From: an uncultured Alphaproteobacteria bacterium
Lineage (GTDB): Bacteria; Pseudomonadota; Alphaproteobacteria; Rs-D84
Direction: 5' to 3'
Length of the DNA: 64,000 nucleotides
Assembly: GCA_944389535.1 (NCBI GenBank)
Contig: CALXMS010000001.1
Coordinates: forward strand, 103,202 to 167,201
Shown here: positions 59,201 through 64,000 of the stretch, piece by piece
Position numbering within the stretch: the first letter of the stretch is position 1
Layout of the letters: the number at the start of each line of letters is the position of its first letter
The notes under the pieces: generated by a model
What the model saw: only the letters and a program-made list of their open reading frames with translations
Database searches by the model: none
Told to the model about the DNA's origin: nothing
Made by a program: the position numbers and the translations under genes

Positions 59201-59225
59201 TTAATTTTTACGACCGCTTAACTTT

Positions 59226-60092
59226 TTACCTTATGCCATGAATTATATTCTCCATTTCTAACAAGAATTCTTCATCATAACCACGCGCTTTTAAGCGCTG
59301 CACCATTAAATGCGCCGCCTCTGCCACGCCTAAACTTTTACAGATTTCAACAACCGTTACTATTTCGTCACGTGTCATCTTATCTGTCGGCATCAACGCA
59401 ACCGCAACACCTAATTCTCTTATAGCTGCCCGCATATATGCCGGTTTGTTATCGCAACATCCATACTCATATAAAACCGCATATGTTCTAGCGTTATTTA
59501 AAAATTCATAATAATTATATGCGTTCTGATTTATATTCTTTAATACACGATTTTCAATCGTCTGACATATCTTTTCATCCGAATATAAATATTCAGTTGA
59601 TACCATGGCATCGTCTTCATAACCATAACTCGCCTTTAAAGCATCTGCTATCGCTTGCTTACGTGCCGCCATATCTGTAAAGAATGTTGAATTTTCTGGA
59701 CATCCGTATTTTGCTAACGTTTTATAAATGTACGCTGAACTTTCTTGCCAACGATAATCATCGTCTTCATCGGATACAATATCTTTCAATAATAATTTTT
59801 CAACAACTGCGCATGCAGGTGGTATTTCCGAATTTTCTATAACTTGTACAGTTTCAACATTAGTCTGTACTGACGAATCTTCTTCTATAACAGTGGTTGT
59901 TTCAATAACTTGCTCTGTATAATCTGATGGCATACTTTTAGTAAAAACATCACGCCAATTCACAACGCCACCATCATGTAAAACCCATGCAGTAGCACCA
60001 GCTATAATCAATATTACAATAAACAACCACAACCATACACGGCCGCGATGTATACGATTTTTTTCTTCTTCTTTGCGTTTAGTTTGTTTCAT
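59226..60092 (-). CDS. Hypothetical type-II membrane-anchored protein with a periplasmic helical domain carrying repeated Y..L..YGC.(E/D)N...Y..A..REL..A.AL motifs; paralog of the 61034..61759 product
   Basis: Has a basic N-terminus (MKQTKRKEEEKNRIHRGR) and one TM (VWLWLFIVILIIAGATAWVL). The domain contains YKTLAKYGCPENSTFFTDMAARKQAIADAL and YAVLYEYGCCDNKPAYMRAAIRELGVAVAL. It aligns with the 61034..61759 protein over ~100 aa (C..IE..L....NY...L.NA.TY....E.GC..N...Y.A..REL..A.AL.P). Confidence 0.5.
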   Translation of the reverse strand: MKQTKRKEEEKNRIHRGRVWLWLFIVILIIAGATAWVLHDGGVVNWRDVFTKSMPSDYTEQVIETTTVIEEDSSVQTNVETVQVIENSEIPPACAVVEKLLLKDIVSDEDDDYRWQESSAYIYKTLAKYGCPENSTFFTDMAARKQAIADALKASYGYEDDAMVSTEYLYSDEKICQTIENRVLKNINQNAYNYYEFLNNARTYAVLYEYGCCDNKPAYMRAAIRELGVAVALMPTDKMTRDEIVTVVEICKSLGVAEAAHLMVQRLKARGYDEEFLLEMENIIHGIR

Positions 60093-60112
60093 TTCTCTCC
60101 CCTATATTACAT

Positions 60113-60376
60113 TTATTTAATTGGAGGATAACAATCACCATTGCCTGCGGGGCAACAATTAAAACCTAAATCCCCCATATCGGTATAAACTTCACCTGTA
60201 CAGCAACCGTTATCATCAGGTACGCTTCCGTCTGGACATACTTGTTCATAATTTGTGCTATACGCACTATTTCCAGCGTATACAGCCATTAAATACCCTA
60301 TACCTATGCCACATATAAAACATAATGAAGATATAGATATTATACACCAATTACAATTTTTTAATTTAAAATTCAT
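60113..60376 (-). CDS. Small signal-anchored protein with a C-terminal six-cysteine module (C..GCC.GE...DMG.L.F.CCP...G.CYPPI)
   Basis: The track ORF uses GTG at 60409. The ATG at ~60376 overlaps the upstream gene's stop (ATGA). Has a hydrophobic anchor (CNWCIISISSLCFICGIGIGYLMAVYAG) and then VCPDGSVPDDNGCCTGEVYTDMGDLGFNCCPAGNGDCYPPIK. This module is shared with the C-terminus of the 60373..61041 product. Confidence 0.45.
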   Translation of the reverse strand: MNFKLKNCNWCIISISSLCFICGIGIGYLMAVYAGNSAYSTNYEQVCPDGSVPDDNGCCTGEVYTDMGDLGFNCCPAGNGDCYPPIK

Positions 60377-61041
60377 ATTGCATCCCCGCTGGTTATAGGT
60401 GGATAACACTCGCCCCCATCATCTGGGCAACAAGCAAACACTAAATTTCCCATATCTTTAAACGTTTCGCCTTCGCAACAACCAAATTGATTTGGTTTGC
60501 TGCCGTCTGTACAAAGTCCAGCCGCAACATTTGCTGCAGCAGTTACAGCATCTATTTCAACAATTTTAGACTTATCAATATTATTACAATCGTTATTATA
60601 CTGACTTTGTAAAGGTTGCAATTCTGTTGAACTAACCCCTGCGGCAGTTAACGTATCCATATCTGTTTTTAAACCTTCGCATAAATTTTTACGTTCTGTC
60701 AGATAATCATTTAAAACGCTTTGCGATGTTATAATTACAGTCTCTACAACTTGTACAGTATTTTCATTTGTCGCCGCTGTCGCCGTAGCTGTCGCAACGC
60801 GGCTTGACGCAGAAGTACGGCGCCCAGATGCAGATTTAGAACAATTACTACGATATTGCGACTGCAAGTTACTTAGTTCGGAACTTTGTGCCTCATCAAG
60901 AGTTTCCATCGCAGATAATTGATTTATTCGTGCCTGCATTTCTGTACAATCCATACGTTCAGAAACATCTGCAGATATTGCCGGCACAGTAAAGATACTA
61001 ATTAATAAAAAAACTAAAGTTTTTTTCATTTTTTTACTCAT
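60373..61041 (-). CDS. Secreted protein with a cleavable signal peptide, coiled-coil/low-complexity middle and the same C-terminal six-cysteine module
   Basis: Signal peptide MSKKMKKTLVFLLISIFTVPAISA. Has an Ala/Thr-rich tract (RVATATATAATNENT). The C-terminus LCTDGSKPNQFGCCEGETFKDMGNLVFACCPDDGGECYPPI aligns residue-for-residue with the small protein at 60113..60376, and all 6 Cys are conserved. Confidence 0.5.
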   Translation of the reverse strand: MSKKMKKTLVFLLISIFTVPAISADVSERMDCTEMQARINQLSAMETLDEAQSSELSNLQSQYRSNCSKSASGRRTSASSRVATATATAATNENTVQVVETVIITSQSVLNDYLTERKNLCEGLKTDMDTLTAAGVSSTELQPLQSQYNNDCNNIDKSKIVEIDAVTAAANVAAGLCTDGSKPNQFGCCEGETFKDMGNLVFACCPDDGGECYPPITSGDAI

Positions 61042-61759
61042 TTATTATTTGTTCCATTTTTAAAATAAAATCTGTCGCAGGATCTATCAGCTGCTTCATT
61101 TTATCTAAAAATTCTTCAGCTTCGCGCTGCATATCTAATTTTTTAAATGTATCTATTACAAGTGTCGCGTCTCCTTGGTCCATGTTTCTCTCTGGTTGTA
61201 ACGCAGTGGCAATTTCTAATTCCCGCAACGCAAGAGCTTTATACATATCAGCATTTTCAGAACAACCATTTTCTGCAATGGAACTATATGTGTTAGCGTT
61301 TGTTAAATGATCTATATAGTTAACACTATCTTCTGGCCATAACCTTTGTTTTAATAAAGATTCGATTCTGGAACATGTGGACATTATTTCTGACTTTTCT
61401 TCAGCCACAGAAACAGGTTCTTTTTCTATAACAACCAAACTACCCGCGCAGCCCGATAAATATCTTTCTTGTAATTCATTTAATACGTCTACATTATCTG
61501 CATTTGCACCCTGTGTAGTTATATTAACAATTTCGTTTGCCATAGCGTCGCATTGTTCCGCACTAAGTGCCTGTCTTGTCGTAACCGGTTCACGATAAGA
61601 CAAACCTAAAATTAAACCGCATGCAAACAAACCTGCCAAAGCAACGGCACTCCAAATTTTATGTCCTGTACTACAGCAATTTATTGAACATTCTGTTGCT
61701 TGTTTAACGTTTACTTTTTTTGCAACTTTTTTTGTAGTGTTTTTCATAATTCCCTCCAC
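61034..61759 (-). CDS. Hypothetical type-II membrane-anchored protein, paralog of the 59226..60092 product (YGC.EN/REL helical-repeat domain)
   Basis: Has a Lys-rich N-terminus, a CC pair (ECSINCCSTGHK) and one TM (IWSAVALAGLFACGLILGL). The periplasmic domain carries YIDHLTNANTYSSIAENGCSENADMYKALALRELEIATAL. The stop overlaps the next gene's start by 8 nt. Confidence 0.5.
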   Translation of the reverse strand: MEGIMKNTTKKVAKKVNVKQATECSINCCSTGHKIWSAVALAGLFACGLILGLSYREPVTTRQALSAEQCDAMANEIVNITTQGANADNVDVLNELQERYLSGCAGSLVVIEKEPVSVAEEKSEIMSTCSRIESLLKQRLWPEDSVNYIDHLTNANTYSSIAENGCSENADMYKALALRELEIATALQPERNMDQGDATLVIDTFKKLDMQREAEEFLDKMKQLIDPATDFILKMEQIINE

Positions 61760-61768
61760 TTATAAATA

Positions 61769-62491
61769 TTATTCCACAATTCCGTCATTAATTGTAATTT
61801 TTCTGTCGGCGCGCGCCGCTAAATTCATATCATGCGTTACAAACATCATTGCCATTTTATTTTTACGCACAAGATTAAGCAATAAATCAAATACGGCCGC
61901 GGCATGATTTGGATCCAAACTTCCCGTTGGTTCGTCAGCAAGTAAAATCTCGGGCTCATTTGCCAAAGCCCTTGCGACAGCGGTGCGCTGTTGTTCCCCG
62001 CCAGACATTTCACCAGGCATATGAGAAGCACGATGAGCAACATTCGCAGCACGCAATAATTTCATCGCTCGATTACTAGCGGCTCGCTCATCAACGCCAT
62101 TCGCCAACATAGGTAATACAACATTTTCCAGTGCTGTAAAATCTGACAACAAATTATGTCGCTGATATACGAAACCTATTTTTTGTCTGCGCATCATGGT
62201 TCGCATTTCATCGTCCATTTTCTGAACAGGAGTACCGTTTAATAAAATGCTTCCCGCTGTTGGTTTATCAAGCAACCCAACGCATTGTAAAAGTGTTGAT
62301 TTCCCACTGCCTGACGGCCCTACAAGAGCAATTATTTCACCACGATGCAAATCAAATCCGCCGCCGCGCAATATATGCAATGGCTGCCCCCCTTCCATAA
62401 ATGTTTTTTTTATATCACGAACCGACAGTACTACGTCGTTACGAGAAACTTTTGATAAAGAATTTAATATATTCGCCATTTCTTTAATCAC
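61769..62491 (-). CDS. lolD: Lipoprotein-releasing system ATP-binding protein LolD
   Basis: ABC ATPase with Walker A GPSGSGKST, signature LSGGEQQRTAVARAL and Walker B ILLADEPT. Sits directly downstream of the lolC/E permease gene. Confidence 0.85.
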   Translation of the reverse strand: MIKEMANILNSLSKVSRNDVVLSVRDIKKTFMEGGQPLHILRGGGFDLHRGEIIALVGPSGSGKSTLLQCVGLLDKPTAGSILLNGTPVQKMDDEMRTMMRRQKIGFVYQRHNLLSDFTALENVVLPMLANGVDERAASNRAMKLLRAANVAHRASHMPGEMSGGEQQRTAVARALANEPEILLADEPTGSLDPNHAAAVFDLLLNLVRKNKMAMMFVTHDMNLAARADRKITINDGIVE

Positions 62492-63745
62492 CTATTCATT
62501 ACGTAATACTTCTACCGGATCAGTACTTGCGGCTTTCCACGCAGGATATAACGTTGCAAGAAAAGCTAATAATATAGCAAGAAGCGCAATTCCTACCACG
62601 GTACTTGGAACAAGTTTAGATGGTAATTCTGATAAATAATATAATTCTGCTGGAAATAAATCTCTTCCAGTTGCCCACTGAAAGAATTGTCTGATTGGTT
62701 CTATATATATTGCGATAAGTACCCCGAATACAGTTCCAAAAAAAGCCCCTAAGATACCAATACTTGTACCAGACAAAATGAAAATTTTCATCATTGACCG
62801 ACGCGATACCCCGAAAGTACGCAAGACCGCTATATCTTTTGATTTATCTTTAACCAACATTACCAAACTTGAGACTATATTAAAAGCCGCAACGATAACA
62901 ATCAGCATCAAAATTAAAAACATTACATTTGATTCAACTTGTAAAGCTCCGACGAATCCTCTATTCAGATCGCGCCAATCGCGGACTACAAAACCTTCTG
63001 GTAATAAGGTTGTTAATGCATCACGAACTTCTTCTGTATCTTCTGGATCTTTTAAAAATAAATCTATATGAGTTACAGAACTTGGTATGTTTAAATACTT
63101 CTGCGCGCTTTCCAATGGCATAAAAATATAACCAGAATCATATTCATACATTCCCATAAAGAAAGAAGACATAACTGGATAAGACATAATTCGCGGCATA
63201 GAACCAAACGGGGTTGGCGTCGCATTATTAGCAGAAGCTAAAGAAATTTTATCTCCCATTGTAACGCCCAGCGATCTTGCCAACGAAGCACCGACAACTA
63301 ATTCATCTTCTTTTATTTCATCCAAACGTTTACCATAAATTTTAGTTCCTGTGACAGTTTTAGCGACCAAATCTTCCATACGAATTCCGCGAATCATTGC
63401 ACCAGTATTATTACCATTAGCCATAGCCATAACCTGCCCCTCTGCAATGGGAACTATGCCTATTGCATTTTCTGCAACGACTTTGTTTTGTTTCATTTTA
63501 TCAATTAAGAAATCATAGTCCTGAATTGCCCCATCTTGATAATACACGACAACGTGACCGTTCATCCCAACGATTCTAGATAATAAAGTATCATGAAACC
63601 CACCCATCACAGACATTACAACGATCAAAGTTGCAACGCCTAAAGTTATGCCTATCAAAGAAACCCATGATATGACAGAACCAAAACCGCGTCTTTTCGC
63701 CGCCAGATATCTAAATGCAATTTTTCTTTCTAATTTTGAAAACAT
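62492..63745 (-). CDS. lolC: Lipoprotein-releasing system permease LolC/LolE (FtsX-like)
   Basis: 417 aa. Has an N-terminal TM, a large periplasmic MacB-like domain and a C-terminal FtsX 3-TM domain. The stop abuts the lolD start (ATG immediately after). Confidence 0.85.
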   Translation of the reverse strand: MFSKLERKIAFRYLAAKRRGFGSVISWVSLIGITLGVATLIVVMSVMGGFHDTLLSRIVGMNGHVVVYYQDGAIQDYDFLIDKMKQNKVVAENAIGIVPIAEGQVMAMANGNNTGAMIRGIRMEDLVAKTVTGTKIYGKRLDEIKEDELVVGASLARSLGVTMGDKISLASANNATPTPFGSMPRIMSYPVMSSFFMGMYEYDSGYIFMPLESAQKYLNIPSSVTHIDLFLKDPEDTEEVRDALTTLLPEGFVVRDWRDLNRGFVGALQVESNVMFLILMLIVIVAAFNIVSSLVMLVKDKSKDIAVLRTFGVSRRSMMKIFILSGTSIGILGAFFGTVFGVLIAIYIEPIRQFFQWATGRDLFPAELYYLSELPSKLVPSTVVGIALLAILLAFLATLYPAWKAASTDPVEVLRNE

Positions 63746-63754
63746 TTATATTCC

Positions 63755-64000
63755 TTACATATCTGAACCTAAAAATTCACGTAACGCATCACCAACCAGC
63801 GGCACATCTGAACCTGTTGGCAGTTTTGCAGCATCTACGATAGATATTATACGTGGTGACATAAATACAACTAATTCAGCAAACGGGCTTATTAAAGTCT
63901 CTGGCGTCGTAACAAAAGAGTGCGTCGGTATACCTATGATCACATAATTATCACCAACGTCAGAAGGTATGTTGAAAGAAGATAATTCTCCGTTACTTGT
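63755..64000 (-). CDS. 3' end of a gene continuing beyond the window, possibly the prolyl-tRNA synthetase C-terminus by synteny
   Basis: The minus-strand frame is open from the window edge to the stop at 63755 (...NIPSDVGDNYVIIGIPTHSFVTTPETLISPFAELVVFMSPRIISIVDAAKLPTGSDVPLVGDALREFLGSDM). In many alphaproteobacteria proS sits directly upstream of lolC-lolD. The fragment alone carries no diagnostic motif. Confidence 0.3.
   Translation of the reverse strand, partial: TSNGELSSFNIPSDVGDNYVIIGIPTHSFVTTPETLISPFAELVVFMSPRIISIVDAAKLPTGSDVPLVGDALREFLGSDM

Noticed and set aside
60373-60409. Possible in-frame read-through joining the 60373..61041 and 60113..60409 ORFs into one protein
   Set aside because: My hand reading of the displayed bases near 60355-60395 differed by single nucleotides from the ORF track. 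The track gives separate frames with an ATGA overlap. I followed it and treat my discrepancy as a reading error.
1-64000. CRISPR arrays, IS elements, transposases and prophage structural genes
   Set aside because: No regularly spaced direct repeats, no DDE/HUH transposase motifs and no capsid/terminase/portal-like ORFs were seen anywhere in the window.

Overview
This is a 64 kb AT-rich (roughly 33-36% GC by eye), gene-dense chromosomal segment. Its gene content and order look alphaproteobacterial, probably an obligate-intracellular Rickettsiales- or Holosporales-like lineage. Evidence for that: a MucR/Ros regulator, an RHH_4 small protein, a SPOR-domain protein, the proS-lolCD context and a tRNA-Tyr/tRNA-Gly pair. 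Most of the window is housekeeping: trxA, dksA, tatA, thrS, gltX, trmB, a ybeY-lnt fusion ORF, rarA, fabD, ftsK, ctpA, secDF-yajC, mutL, greA, lptF/G, xerD, trxB, serS, typA, recA, secB, mltA, ruvC, yebC, ruvA, mnmE, xthA, engB, rsmI, argS and lolCD. No CRISPR array, IS element, transposase or prophage structural genes are visible. Four patches are not explained by housekeeping functions. (1) An operon at 8.1-10.2 kb holds three ORFan proteins plus a ribbon-helix-helix protein; one ORFan is membrane-tethered and the last looks SUKH/immunity-like. (2) At 12.2-14.2 kb a 641-aa membrane-anchored protein combines a GH24 lysozyme-like catalytic motif with C-terminal TPR repeats, next to mucR. (3) A five-gene glycosyltransferase island sits between typA and recA at 36.4-41.2 kb. 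(4) The most novel-looking item is a tRNA-adjacent four-gene cluster at 59.2-61.8 kb. It encodes two pairs of paralogous membrane-anchored or secreted proteins. One pair shares a conserved six-cysteine C-terminal module (C..GCC.GE...DMG.L.F.CCP...G.CYPPI). The other pair shares a repeated YGC.EN...REL helical motif. Gene-end coordinates follow the supplied ORF track. Coordinates for small ORFs, tRNAs and hairpins were read by hand and may be off by 1-2 nt.
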